In this document: positions 9,468 through 19,348 of the stretch, piece after piece | How positions within the stretch are numbered: position 1 is the first letter of the stretch | Layout: the number at the start of each line of letters is the position of its first letter | Source of the DNA: Eubacteriales bacterium | GTDB lineage: Bacteria > Bacillota > Clostridia > Oscillospirales > CAG-272 | Assembly: GCA_045540115.1 (NCBI GenBank) | Contig: JAZQGR010000041.1 | Location: 36,638 to 100,637, forward strand | Direction of reading: 5' to 3' | DNA: 64,000 nt | Translations under genes and position numbers: made by a program | The notes under the pieces: generated by a model | The model's input: only the letters and a program-made list of their open reading frames with translations | What the model was told of the DNA's origin: nothing | Database searches by the model: none

Positions 9468-10430
9468 TTATTTGATTTTGATTTTTATATCGCCCGTATC
9501 AGTCGTGATCTCGCATTTACCGCCCTTTGTCGTTTTCGGCACATCGATATCGCCCGTGTCGGTCCTTGCGATGAATATCTTTTCGGAAAGGAGAGTGCCT
9601 TTGACGTCTCCCGTATCGGTCTTTATGTATATTTCTTCCGCATCGCAGGAGTCAAGCCTGACATCTCCCGTGTCGGTCTTGATGCTGTATTTCTCCGACG
9701 CAATTACGCTTTTCAGCACTACGTCGCCCGTATCGCCGTTTATTGTCAGATTCTTACAGTTAACGCTTGTAAAGACCGCATCGCCCGTTGACATCTTTGC
9801 CTTGAGATCTCCAATGCACAATACCTTAGAAAGCTTGATGTTTCCCGTCGAGGTCGTTATATTGATACTGCCCGCAGTTATATCATCCAAGCGAACGTTG
9901 CCCGTCGTCGCCTTGATCTTAAGTTCTCCGTTTGCAGAGGCGTAGCATTTTACGTCACCCGTCGAGACCTTGACCAAAACGTCTTTAAAGGTAATACCGC
10001 TTGATATCTTCACGTCGCTCGTGTCTGACTCAATATTAAGTGACGCATACGCTTCTTCGGGAAGATAAACGGTAATCCTTGGCTGCTTGAAGTTGATCCC
10101 CATAAACGCCATCCATCGGAAGCCGCCCTTACGCTTGATCGTAAGAGTACCGTCAACGATCTCAACCGTATGATTGTCATCCTCGATCAGATATGTCTCC
10201 ACCTTGATCTTTCCGTCGGAGGATTTCGATATGACTATATCTGCGGTATTCGATATGACCGATACATTTTCGACGCTTTCGTCAAAAACGTAGCTGTTGC
10301 TTTCGTATTTTACAGTTGTCAGCTTCGTGAAGTCCCATCCGTGAGCCGCCATTGCGGAGGTAAAGATAATGCCTCCGAGCAGAATGAGTGCCGTCGCAAC
10401 TATCAAAGAAAGCTTCATTTTCTTATTCAT
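9468..10430 (-). CDS. DUF4097-family putative adhesin / beta-helical cell-envelope protein
   Basis: N-terminal TM segment, then many T(D/S)TGD(V/I) repeats (TDTGDVRLD, TDTGDVKG, TDTGDIDV...) typical of DUF4097. Third gene of the PadR triad. Confidence 0.8.
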   Translation of the reverse strand: MNKKMKLSLIVATALILLGGIIFTSAMAAHGWDFTKLTTVKYESNSYVFDESVENVSVISNTADIVISKSSDGKIKVETYLIEDDNHTVEIVDGTLTIKRKGGFRWMAFMGINFKQPRITVYLPEEAYASLNIESDTSDVKISSGITFKDVLVKVSTGDVKCYASANGELKIKATTGNVRLDDITAGSINITTSTGNIKLSKVLCIGDLKAKMSTGDAVFTSVNCKNLTINGDTGDVVLKSVIASEKYSIKTDTGDVRLDSCDAEEIYIKTDTGDVKGTLLSEKIFIARTDTGDIDVPKTTKGGKCEITTDTGDIKIKIK

Positions 10431-11038
10431 TACGCCACCTCCATTTTAGAGAAAAGACCAATAAAACGCTTAAAGATCCACACGGTAAGCCTTATCATAA
10501 GCTTTGACAGCTTAAGACATCCGTAGAATGCAAATACGGTAAGTCCCGCACAAACAAGCGAAAAGCCGCTGATCGCGATTCCTGTTATTACCTGAGCGGA
10601 GAACATCTGAACCATCCCAAGCACAAGCAAATAAGGAGAAGTAACGGCAAGCGCGACGAAACACGCCCAGAGCGATATCATTATCGCCCACGCAGATATG
10701 TAAAGAGAAAGTCCGACGACAAATGCCGCACAAACAAGCGGAACCCAAACGGGTATGCCCAGTATCAGGAGCGCTATTTCCCAACCCGCGAGCTTTCTTT
10801 TCTGCTTCAGCTCGGGCTTATGCTCCGTTTCCGCCTTCATCTGCGCCGATTCCGACATTATTCCCTTCGCAATCTCATCGATATCGCCTATCGCCGCGAC
10901 CGCTTCCTCCTCGGTCAGTCCCTCCTCCATTCGGTCGTCAATCATTTCACTGTAAAAAACCAATCGCTCCTCGATCTCGCTTTCGGGAAGCCCGGAAAGC
11001 TTTTTATCGAGCGCAAGCATAAACTGTATCTTTGTCAT
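10430..11038 (-). CDS. DUF1700-family membrane protein
   Basis: Soluble N-terminus (LSGLPESEIEERLVFYSEMIDD) followed by several TM helices, in the canonical position between PadR and DUF4097. Confidence 0.7.
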   Translation of the reverse strand: MTKIQFMLALDKKLSGLPESEIEERLVFYSEMIDDRMEEGLTEEEAVAAIGDIDEIAKGIMSESAQMKAETEHKPELKQKRKLAGWEIALLILGIPVWVPLVCAAFVVGLSLYISAWAIMISLWACFVALAVTSPYLLVLGMVQMFSAQVITGIAISGFSLVCAGLTVFAFYGCLKLSKLMIRLTVWIFKRFIGLFSKMEVA

Positions 11039-11042
11039 CGCG

Positions 11043-11351
11043 TCATTCCTCCTTCGCTACGAAATTATAAATCGAAACCATTTCTTTCCATTCGGTTTTA
11101 AATTCTTCAATTCTCTTTCGCCCGTTATCAGTTATCCTGTAATACTTTCGCAGACGCCCTCCGTGCTCTGCCGACCATACCGTCAGCATATTCGCACCCT
11201 CAAGGCGCTTCAGGATCGTATAAAGAGTAGATTCCGAAAGCTCGATATAAGGCTTCATATCCTTTATTATCTTGTATCCGTATGAATCCTCGTTCTTTAT
11301 AGCCGCAAGCACGCATACGTCAAGCAATCCTCTTTTTAACTGAATATCCAT
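11043..11351 (-). CDS. PadR-family transcriptional regulator
   Basis: The 102-aa product has a winged-helix PadR signature (GYKIIKDM...STLYTILKRLE...RKYYRITDNGR). Confidence 0.85.
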   Translation of the reverse strand: MDIQLKRGLLDVCVLAAIKNEDSYGYKIIKDMKPYIELSESTLYTILKRLEGANMLTVWSAEHGGRLRKYYRITDNGRKRIEEFKTEWKEMVSIYNFVAKEE

Positions 11352-11424
11352 ATCATACCTCCCATTACATAATACATCATATCACGAGGTATCGTGCTTG
11401 TCAAGAGTTTTTCGAAAAAAATTA

Positions 11425-11453
11425 TTGCAGGATCGCGATTTTTGTATTATAAT
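11425..11453 (+). promoter_or_regulatory. Putative promoter (TTGCAG-17-TATAAT) for the methyltransferase gene
   Basis: Sequence match only; 30 nt upstream of the start. Confidence 0.35.
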
Positions 11454-11482
11454 GGTGAAGAAATCTTTTCAGGAGAACGAAC

Positions 11483-12928
11483 ATGAATCTGCCCGAAGCC
11501 TTCTGCGCGCGAATGAAAATGATGCTTGGCGATGAATACGATGCTTTTCTGTCATCCTATGACCGACCGAGCACTCCGTCTCTGCGCCTGAATCCTTTGA
11601 AAAAGAATAATATTTCACCGCGCGAGCTTTCGGAGATGCCCTGCATCGGCGACCGTGTTCCGTGGGCGGAGAACGGCTATTATTACGATACCGAGAGCGA
11701 AGCGCGCCCCGGTAAGCATCCGTATCACGAAAGCGGCGCTTACTATATTCAAGAGGCAAGCGCAATGCTCCCCGCTTCCCTTTTCCCGCCGTCCGAAAAC
11801 GACAAGGTTCTCGATCTCTGCGCCGCACCGGGAGGAAAAAGCACTCAGCTTGCGGCGGCATTGAACGGCAAAGGCTTGCTTGTATCAAACGAAATACATC
11901 CGCAAAGGGCGGCGATACTTTCTCAGAACGTTGAGAGAATTGGGATCGCAAATGCCGTAGTTACAAATCACGCACCAAGGGAGCTTGTACCGCATTTTCC
12001 ATGCTTTTTCGACAAGATCGTAGTTGATGCTCCCTGCTCGGGCGAGGGAATGTTCCGCAAGGAGGAGCAGGCGATTTCGATGTGGAGCCAAGAGAATATC
12101 GACCTCTGCGCCGAGCGGCAGAAGGAGATCCTTGAAGCCGCCGCAGAAATGCTGAAGCCCGACGGATATCTCACCTATTCGACCTGCACCTTCGCGCCCG
12201 ACGAAAACGAGGGCGTCATACTTCATTTTCTCCGCAAGCATCCCGAATTTGAGGTCGTTCTGCCGAAAAATCAAGCTGTGCTTGATTGCATAACAAATGG
12301 ACTTATCGACCGCGGCGATCCTTCTTGGGCAGACAGTGGCGAGAAATATGCCAATCAGATAAGAAACACTCTCCGCATCTTCCCGCATCATGCCGATGGT
12401 GAAGGACATTTTGCGGCGCTGCTTCACAAGTCGGAGAGCGCACCGACCTTTAGCGCAAAGGAGCGCAAAAACGATAAGAAAAAGCAAAAAGATAAGGGCG
12501 GACGCCCTCAAACGACTCCCGAGAGCGCATATAAGCTTTTTATTGATTTCATAAAGAAAATTACCGACGAGGAGCTGAGCGGTGTTCCCTGCCTTTTCGG
12601 TGAACAGCTCTATCTTTGCCCCGACGATCTGCCGTCACCGCGCGAAGGGCTTCGTACACTTCGCCACGGCTTGCATCTCGGAACGGTCATAAACGGCAAC
12701 CGCTTTGAGCCGTCGCACGCATTGGCGCTCGCGCTTGATCCGTCAAAGACAAAAAAGACCTTTTCGATCAGTCTCGACTCGGCTTTTTCTTATCTTCGCG
12801 GCGAGGTGCTTCCCTGCGAAGGCGAAAAGGGCTGGCATATTGTTACTCACGATTCCTTCCCTCTCGGCTGGGGAAAGGCAAGCGACGGAATGATGAAAAA
12901 CCATTACCCGAAGGGGTTAAGAAAGTAA
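11483..12928 (+). CDS. 16S rRNA m5C methyltransferase, RsmF/RsmB (NOL1/NOP2/Sun) family
   Basis: SAM-binding and catalytic motifs DLCAAPGGKS, VVDAPCSGEGMFRK, TYSTCT. Confidence 0.8.
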   Translation: MNLPEAFCARMKMMLGDEYDAFLSSYDRPSTPSLRLNPLKKNNISPRELSEMPCIGDRVPWAENGYYYDTESEARPGKHPYHESGAYYIQEASAMLPASLFPPSENDKVLDLCAAPGGKSTQLAAALNGKGLLVSNEIHPQRAAILSQNVERIGIANAVVTNHAPRELVPHFPCFFDKIVVDAPCSGEGMFRKEEQAISMWSQENIDLCAERQKEILEAAAEMLKPDGYLTYSTCTFAPDENEGVILHFLRKHPEFEVVLPKNQAVLDCITNGLIDRGDPSWADSGEKYANQIRNTLRIFPHHADGEGHFAALLHKSESAPTFSAKERKNDKKKQKDKGGRPQTTPESAYKLFIDFIKKITDEELSGVPCLFGEQLYLCPDDLPSPREGLRTLRHGLHLGTVINGNRFEPSHALALALDPSKTKKTFSISLDSAFSYLRGEVLPCEGEKGWHIVTHDSFPLGWGKASDGMMKNHYPKGLRK

Positions 12929-12960
12929 AAAAAGAACGCGGAAGATTCCGCGTTCTTTTC
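12929..12960 (+). terminator. Intrinsic terminator
   Basis: GAACGCGGAAGATTCCGCGTTC stem followed by TTTT, directly after the stop codon. Confidence 0.65.
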
Positions 12961-13019
12961 ATTTGTCAGATCCCAAACGATGCTATACATCGTTTGATCC
13001 TCGCTATGCTCGGATTTCG

Positions 13020-13135
13020 ACTGCGCCCCGCCGTGTCATTCTGAGCGAAACAAAGTGAAGCCGAACGGCATAGCCGCGCCGAGCGTAGCGAGGCGGAATC
13101 TCGGCGGGGCTTCGCTCAGGATGACGAGCGAAAGT
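13020..13135. repeat. GC-rich structured intergenic element (nested inverted repeats)
   Basis: GCCCCGCCG/CGGCGGGGC and TCATTCTGAGCGAA/TTCGCTCAGGATGA arms. Shares short motifs (GCATAGCCGCGC-like, CGATGCT) with the GC-rich elements at 29.7 and 32.9 kb. Confidence 0.4.
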
Positions 13136-13144
13136 TCTTGTTAA

Positions 13145-15826
13145 TTACTTATTTTTCTTAATGATGATCACAGTGATAACTGCGCCTATTGCCGCTACAG
13201 CGACTACGCCAATGATTATCGGGAGAACAATGTTATTATTCTTATCGTTATCCTTTTTCTCCGCGCCGTCGGTCGTATCGACAGGACCAGTCGCGTCGGG
13301 AACGGTCGTCTGGGTACCGTCGGTCGTTCCGTCCGGATCGGTCGTACCGTCAGGAGTCGTAGAGGTACCGGGAGTAGTTACAGGAGGCGTTGTGCCGTTG
13401 TCTGCGCCGCATCTCGTACACTTACCGTTGTCACCGAAATCGTGACCGAGCGAGCTTCCTTCGGTTGCCTGACACTTAGTGCAAGTCTTAGGAGTATCGC
13501 AGTCAGCAGGCGTCCAGTTGTGTCCGGTTGCCTTTATCGTCTGTCCCTTGTTTATGATCTCGTTACAAGAAGTACACTTAACGTTTCCCGTGTGTCCGTC
13601 AACGGTACAGGTAGGAGCCTTTGCGCCCTCGATCTTGGTGCTCGTATGACTGCAGGTCGGAGTGGAAGAACCCGAACCCGAGCCGTCTCCAGTGTAGACC
13701 GTGATGCTATATGCGCGGCACTGTTTAATTACGTTTGAATATGTAACAGAATCAACAGGAGAAGTAAATACAACGGTTATAATTCCGTTATTGTCAGTTG
13801 CAGTTGCACCCGCCGGAGGATTCAGCCATCCGGTCAAATATTTACTGTCTGTAATTCCTTCACAGTTTATCTCGAGCTTGGTTATGCCGGGATATTCAAT
13901 AATGACGTCAGAGCCTTGATAGAAGCGCGCGGGATTGCTGTAATCCTTGACGTCGCTTTGCGAGCTTGCTTTATTGTTTGTAACGGTTATACCGCTCTGC
14001 TTCCAAACCTGCTTTGACGTACTGTACTCAATAAGATTCGCCTTGTCAGTAAAGCTGATAATAACGGTCGTACCGCCCGAGTTTGTCGGTTCATCAGCGC
14101 CGCAGACGGTACACTTGTTATTGCTGTAATTATGCCCCAGCGCGCTTGTCTTATCACCCGTATAGGTGTCTCCGCATAGCGAGCAGGTATAGGTCGTGAA
14201 GCCGCCGCTTATGCAGTTAGGCTTGATCACAACGGAGGTGTACTTATGAGTACATGCAGGCGGAGGAGTAACGTCAGTGCTTCCACCCCCCGAGCTTCCC
14301 GTTCCGTCTGTTGTATAAAGACGTGCAATATAGTCGGTATCCTTAAGCTTAGTAGAGGTAAGAACGCTCATCGTAAAGTATGAGCCGTAAGTACCGATAT
14401 AGCTCGGCTCGCCGGAGATGTTGGTCGTAAGAGCGTTTTTCGCGCTGTCCCAAGTGTATACCGAGGACGCGGTAGTGCCAAACGTGAAGTTATAATGCTG
14501 CTTGCCGTCCGTACCTGTAGCAAGAACAAGGTTTATATACTGCTTCTTATTACTGCTATCCTTGAAATAGAGGTAATAGCCGCCCGTTGCGGTCTCGACA
14601 AACACGTCAACGCCCTTCGTCTGATCGCTGTCGGTTGCACCGTAGTAACCCGACATAGCACCCGTGAAGTAGTATTCCATCGCCGCCGCATCGGAATAGA
14701 AACCGAGCTTGTACGCCTTGCCGGTAGCAACCGAGGTAGCGTATGTCGGCTTTACTGCTTCCTTTGCTCCGCAGAGAGAGCAGGTGCCGGAAACGTAGTT
14801 ATGATTCTTTGCTTCTACGTAGTTTGTCTTGTAGCTGTAGGTACAGCCGGAGGTCTTACACTTGAAGAGCGTGTAGCCCTTCGTCGTGCAGGTTGCAGGT
14901 ACTGTAGTTCCTGCGTCAAAGTTATTATGGCTGCATTTTTTACTGCTTGCGCCCGAGGGAGTCGTCATATTTGAGGGAATCTCTTCGCCAAAGAGAAGGA
15001 ATCCAAGCTCAGGATAGTCAACGAAGACGTTACGGGTTCCCGTAATTGACTCAACCGAGTCGTTACGTCCAAGCTCCCAGGTATCAACAGGGTCAGCTTC
15101 CATCCACTCGAGCATAACGTCGAGACTTTCCATTACGCCGCTCTTGCCCCAAGCATAGTTACGGTTGCCCCAACGAACGTAAACGTAGAGGAAGATACGC
15201 GCAACGTCGCCGCGAAGGTCGTACTTATTGTTCGATTCGTTGTTAGGATTATAGTATCCGGCACTCTTTCCGTAAGCGGTGTTACCGCGCGAGCTGTTTT
15301 CACTCGTCGAGGTCGGGCGAAGCATCATAAGGTCGTTTTCATCGTTTCCGCCGAGGCCCTTACTGTTAGGCCAGGTGTGCTCGCGGTTCCAACCGCCGTT
15401 CCACGTAGGACCGATCTGATTTCCCGAATAGAAGGACGAGATCTTTCCGCCGCTTCCCTGACAGTCGGTATACTGGAAAAGACTCTTTGTTGCGTCGTAG
15501 CTCGTAATGTAGCTGTGCGCGCTCTTCATCATATCCTGCAGTGCCTTAAAGAGAGCACTGTTAGGCGCGTCGGAGGTACCCGTTCCGCCTGCGTACGTTG
15601 AAAGCACGTCGTAAGACGTGTACTTATCGTAGAACTTTTCGGCGTTCGGGGACATGAACGTCGCAACGGTCCCGCGCGTACCCCAGTTGTATATGTATTT
15701 ACCATTATCGGCATACTTGTAGGTTACTTCTGCGGCTTCTGCCTGCATACTGATAAAGGGAAGCGTCGATATACAGCAAACCAGTACCAGAATGACCGCT
15801 AATCCGCGTTTCAAGATATTGTTCAT
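13145..15826 (-). CDS. Membrane-anchored extracellular nuclease, Endonuclease I (EndA/NucM) family, with C-terminal Cys/His-rich repeats
   Basis: Signal peptide. Endonuclease I motifs (NREHTWPNS, NDLMMLRP, SRGNTAYG). Three CxH...C...C..CG...GH.[YW]...C..CGA repeats. C-terminal TM anchor (IVLPIIIGVVAVAAIGAVITVIIIKKNK). Start at MNNILK with a GAGGAG RBS. Confidence 0.75.
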   Translation of the reverse strand: MNNILKRGLAVILVLVCCISTLPFISMQAEAAEVTYKYADNGKYIYNWGTRGTVATFMSPNAEKFYDKYTSYDVLSTYAGGTGTSDAPNSALFKALQDMMKSAHSYITSYDATKSLFQYTDCQGSGGKISSFYSGNQIGPTWNGGWNREHTWPNSKGLGGNDENDLMMLRPTSTSENSSRGNTAYGKSAGYYNPNNESNNKYDLRGDVARIFLYVYVRWGNRNYAWGKSGVMESLDVMLEWMEADPVDTWELGRNDSVESITGTRNVFVDYPELGFLLFGEEIPSNMTTPSGASSKKCSHNNFDAGTTVPATCTTKGYTLFKCKTSGCTYSYKTNYVEAKNHNYVSGTCSLCGAKEAVKPTYATSVATGKAYKLGFYSDAAAMEYYFTGAMSGYYGATDSDQTKGVDVFVETATGGYYLYFKDSSNKKQYINLVLATGTDGKQHYNFTFGTTASSVYTWDSAKNALTTNISGEPSYIGTYGSYFTMSVLTSTKLKDTDYIARLYTTDGTGSSGGGSTDVTPPPACTHKYTSVVIKPNCISGGFTTYTCSLCGDTYTGDKTSALGHNYSNNKCTVCGADEPTNSGGTTVIISFTDKANLIEYSTSKQVWKQSGITVTNNKASSQSDVKDYSNPARFYQGSDVIIEYPGITKLEINCEGITDSKYLTGWLNPPAGATATDNNGIITVVFTSPVDSVTYSNVIKQCRAYSITVYTGDGSGSGSSTPTCSHTSTKIEGAKAPTCTVDGHTGNVKCTSCNEIINKGQTIKATGHNWTPADCDTPKTCTKCQATEGSSLGHDFGDNGKCTRCGADNGTTPPVTTPGTSTTPDGTTDPDGTTDGTQTTVPDATGPVDTTDGAEKKDNDKNNNIVLPIIIGVVAVAAIGAVITVIIIKKNK

Positions 15827-15945
15827 CTGAATTCTCCTCAATAGATATTTATCTTATATAGTTTACCCTATAACGCAGATAAAATCAAGAGCTTTTCAAA
15901 AACTTTGTCGTTTTGTCTGTTTTTTAGTATTTTTGTAAAATATAC

Positions 15946-15974
15946 TTGACATTTTATTTCGGGCATGCTATAAT
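15946..15974 (+). promoter_or_regulatory. Sigma-70-like promoter (TTGACA-17-TATAAT)
   Basis: Perfect consensus hexamers about 38 nt upstream of the XRE gene. Confidence 0.55.
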
Positions 15975-16012
15975 CAAAATGTAAAGCGCACTTTACTTTT
16001 GGAGGAATAATT

Positions 16013-16210
16013 TTGGATAACAGAATCAGAGAATTACGCAAAGACGGTAAGATCACGCAGGATGATCTCGCTAACGGAGTCGGTGTTACGCGCCAAACGA
16101 TAATATCGCTTGAAAACGGTAAATACAACGCGTCGCTTCAACTCGCGCATAAGATCTCTGCATATTTCGGACTTACCATCGAAGAAGTTTTTATTTTTGG
16201 GGAGGAATGA
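16013..16210 (+). CDS. XRE-family HTH transcriptional regulator
   Basis: The 65-aa product has the classic HTH_3 motif (ITQDDLANGVGVTRQTIISLENGKYNASLQLAHKIS). GGAGG RBS. Confidence 0.85.
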   Translation: MDNRIRELRKDGKITQDDLANGVGVTRQTIISLENGKYNASLQLAHKISAYFGLTIEEVFIFGEE

Positions 16211-16213
16211 TCA

Positions 16214-16630
16214 ATGGAATTCAAAAAGAAGCTAAAAATCAGACTTTGGGTCGCGATTTCTTATATTGTGCTTGGAATCGCAATGGTGACGGTTACAATC
16301 GTGAGTAAGACGGAAAATCAGTTTATATCTTCGTTCGGTCTTGCTCTTGCCGTTATGGGAATTGCACGCATAAGAAACTATTTTCTTATAACGAAAAACG
16401 AGGACACCTTAAGAAAACGGGAGATAGCAGAAACGGACGAAAGAAATGTATCTATTGTCAACAAGGCGAGAAGCGCCGCGTTTACGGTATATATTTTACT
16501 CGCAGGTATTTTCGTGATCGTTATGGGGCTTCTTGACAAGATCGAGCTCGCCTTATGGGTATCGTATTCGGTGTCTCTGCTTGTTCTGATCTATTGGGTA
16601 TGCTATATCGTATATCAAAAAAAGTCATAA
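16214..16630 (+). CDS. Small membrane protein co-transcribed with the XRE regulator
   Basis: 3-4 predicted TM helices, GGGAGG RBS, 3-nt gap after the XRE stop. Confidence 0.6.
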   Translation: MEFKKKLKIRLWVAISYIVLGIAMVTVTIVSKTENQFISSFGLALAVMGIARIRNYFLITKNEDTLRKREIAETDERNVSIVNKARSAAFTVYILLAGIFVIVMGLLDKIELALWVSYSVSLLVLIYWVCYIVYQKKS

Positions 16631-16633
16631 CAG

Positions 16634-16662
16634 AAAAACCGAGCCTCGGCTCGGTTTTTTGT
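16634..16662. terminator. Bidirectional intrinsic terminator
   Basis: AAAAACCGAGCCTCGGCTCGGTTTTTT. Confidence 0.7.
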
Positions 16663-16696
16663 TTGCAGAATATTCCATTTAACTTTGCAAAATAGT

Positions 16697-17539
16697 TTAT
16701 TCCTTTTCGCCTTGATTAAGTGTATAATTACGGTAATCGGAGGGGGACATTCCGATTCGCGAGCGGAAAAACTTGCTGAAATACAGACTGTCCTCAAAGC
16801 CAACCCTGCGCGATACGTCGGCGACCGACTCGTCGGTATTTTCAAGCAGAAAAAGCGCTGCGGAAAGCCGCTGTTGAAGAATATATTCTCTCGGCGAAAC
16901 GCCGATCTCCATTTTGAACTGATGTGCAAAACCCGAAACGCTCATTCCGCATTCCTCTGCGAGCTGTTCGTTCGTCACCTGCTCGGCGTAATCTACGGTA
17001 AGCTTTGCCCGTATCTTCTCTATTCGCGCATCGGTATTCTTCTTCGAGTTGCGGCGAAGCTGTATTAGTAGCGAGATAAGCAAGGCGCGGCAGGACATAC
17101 GAAATCCCTCACCCTGAAGCTGTAATTCCTTTATAAGCTCGGCGGATAACCTAGCAACGTCGCCTTCGGCGTTCAACGATATTATCGGTGAAGTGTCAAG
17201 GCACAGCTCGTTCAATATCTTCTCGGCATCGGTACCGCCGAAATGAACCCAGTATACCTCCGTTCGATCCTCTCTGCGGTAGATATATTCCTGAAGCTCG
17301 TGCGGTTTATATAAAACCGCGTTTCCCGATCTCACCGCATATTCATTGCCATCAAAAACAAAGCCGCCGACACCTCGCCTGATATATATCAGCTGATAGT
17401 CGGGAAGCCCCTGCGGACGGACGGTATGAGTCATATCACCGACGCTTTCGTCCATTATAAGATGACCTGCGGAAACGACCTCAAAATTTGTTCTTATAAC
17501 GTGCCTGTCGTCGTTTCCGATAAATGCAGAATTGTACAT
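16697..17539 (-). CDS. AraC-family transcriptional regulator (cupin + HTH)
   Basis: C-terminal AraC HTH (AEECGMSVSGFAHQFKMEIGVSPREY). Start at MYNS, which has a GAGGTGA RBS, preferred over the GTG-initiated track start. Confidence 0.75.
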   Translation of the reverse strand: MYNSAFIGNDDRHVIRTNFEVVSAGHLIMDESVGDMTHTVRPQGLPDYQLIYIRRGVGGFVFDGNEYAVRSGNAVLYKPHELQEYIYRREDRTEVYWVHFGGTDAEKILNELCLDTSPIISLNAEGDVARLSAELIKELQLQGEGFRMSCRALLISLLIQLRRNSKKNTDARIEKIRAKLTVDYAEQVTNEQLAEECGMSVSGFAHQFKMEIGVSPREYILQQRLSAALFLLENTDESVADVSRRVGFEDSLYFSKFFRSRIGMSPSDYRNYTLNQGEKE

Positions 17540-17587
17540 AGCTTTCACCTCAATGAAAGAATAACATATTTTTTAAGGAGAGTCAAT

Positions 17588-19294
17588 ATGAGATTTTTAG
17601 CAGGAGACGTTCATTATTTCCGAATCTACCCCGGCGGGCTCCGACGCCGCCTCGAATATATGAAGGCATTCGGCATAACGGTCCTTCAGACCTACGTTCC
17701 GTGGAACCTCCACGAGCCGCAGAAGGGTAAGTTTTGCTTCGACGGACTCGCTGACGTTGAGGGCTTTCTGAAGCTCGCTCAGGAAATGGGCTTCAAGGTG
17801 CTTTTCCGCCCATCCCCCTATATTTGCAGTGAGTGGGACTGCGGTGGTCTACCGTCGTGGCTCCTCAATGAAAAAATGAGTCTGCGCTCGAGCGATCCGC
17901 GCTTTATGAAGCACGTTGCCGATTATTACAAGGTTCTCTGCCCCATTTTCGTTCCGTATCTGTCAAGCAACGGCGGCCCCATAATCGCGACCGCGATCGA
18001 AAACGAATACGGCTCCTACGGAAGCGATGCCGAATATATGGATCAAATTATGCATCTCCTTATTGAAAACGGAGTTGACGGTCCCTTCTATACGACCGAC
18101 GGATATGGTGCAGAGCACATGCAGTACGGTCATATGCCTGACATCTGGGCGGGAGCAAACTATCGGGTTGAAAGTAAAACTGCAATTGAAGCTTTAAGAA
18201 AAGTACAGCCCGACAAGCCCGCGCTTATCGGCGAATATTGGTCGGGGCGCGCGATTCACAAGGGAGAGCCCTATTGCACACGCAATATTGATGACGTTGT
18301 ACACGGCTTTGTTGAAGCGCTTGAAAACGACGGTTATCTTACCTTCTATATGTTCGCGGGCGGCACGAACTTCGGCTTTATGAACGGCGCGAATATCGGT
18401 CGCACCTTCGGTGTTACCGACAGACCGATCAGATACATTCCTCATACAACGACTTATGAGGAGGACGCTCTTCTTAACGAGCAGGGGCTTCCGACTCCAA
18501 AATATTTTGCCTGCCGAAAGGCACTCTTTGATTTCCTCGGCGAGCCCGAGCCTCCAATGCCCGAGGTGCCGTACGAAACTCAGACACCGAATATTGAGCT
18601 TACCGAATGCGCTTCCTTTTGGGAACAGGTTGATTACGTCAAGGCAGCAAAAAGCACCGAACCTCTCACCATGGAGGAGCTCGGACAGGACTACGGCTAT
18701 ATTCTTTACCGAACGACGGTAACGGGAAGCGGAAAGAAAATGAAGCTTTGGATCCCCGGGCTCCGCGACCGCGCAGACGTCTTTCTTGATCGCAAATATC
18801 TCGGAACACTCATGCGCGAGCGTCCCGATGAGGTATATATCGAGCTGCCCGCAGGAGAAAAGGCGACGCTTGAGCTACTCGTCGAGAATATGGGACGAGT
18901 CAATTTCGGCGACGGCATAAGCGAGAAAAAGGGTATCGACGGAAGCGTGCTGCTCAGCTGGGGAATTCACCTTTACCACTGGGAAAATCTCCCTCTCAAT
19001 ATTGACCTCGAAAGAGCAAACGGCTTCACGCCTTCGGACGGTCCCGTTATTCTCAAGGGCTCCTTCAAGGCAGAGCCGGGCAAGGATACCTTCCTCGATA
19101 TGAGCGGAATGAACAAGGGATACGTTACCGTTAACGGCTTCAATCTCGGCAGATATTGGAACGTTGGTCCTCAGTACACCCTTTATATCCCCGGCGAGCT
19201 TCTTAAAGAGGAAAACGAGATCCGCATTTTCGAGCAATACGGCGCCGAAGTTTCCTTCACGCTCCCGACCGTTACCGATTCGATACTTAAATAA
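17588..19294 (+). CDS. GH35-family beta-galactosidase
   Basis: N-terminal GH35 signature (YFRIYPG...VPWNLHEPQKGKFCFDG...PSPYICSEWDCGGLPSWLL). ATG at 17588 with an AAGGAGAG RBS; the track's longer start is antisense to the AraC gene. Confidence 0.85.
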   Translation: MRFLAGDVHYFRIYPGGLRRRLEYMKAFGITVLQTYVPWNLHEPQKGKFCFDGLADVEGFLKLAQEMGFKVLFRPSPYICSEWDCGGLPSWLLNEKMSLRSSDPRFMKHVADYYKVLCPIFVPYLSSNGGPIIATAIENEYGSYGSDAEYMDQIMHLLIENGVDGPFYTTDGYGAEHMQYGHMPDIWAGANYRVESKTAIEALRKVQPDKPALIGEYWSGRAIHKGEPYCTRNIDDVVHGFVEALENDGYLTFYMFAGGTNFGFMNGANIGRTFGVTDRPIRYIPHTTTYEEDALLNEQGLPTPKYFACRKALFDFLGEPEPPMPEVPYETQTPNIELTECASFWEQVDYVKAAKSTEPLTMEELGQDYGYILYRTTVTGSGKKMKLWIPGLRDRADVFLDRKYLGTLMRERPDEVYIELPAGEKATLELLVENMGRVNFGDGISEKKGIDGSVLLSWGIHLYHWENLPLNIDLERANGFTPSDGPVILKGSFKAEPGKDTFLDMSGMNKGYVTVNGFNLGRYWNVGPQYTLYIPGELLKEENEIRIFEQYGAEVSFTLPTVTDSILK

Positions 19295-19348
19295 AACTCC
19301 TTTCACAATAAACAAAATATCCCCGACGGGCTTCCGTCGGGGATATTT

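Noticed and set aside
10512-11101. Several 60-100-aa ORFs on both strands inside the DUF1700 gene
   Set aside because: They overlap a well-supported membrane-protein gene, have no RBS, and show P/S/R-rich composition typical of out-of-frame GC-rich sequence.
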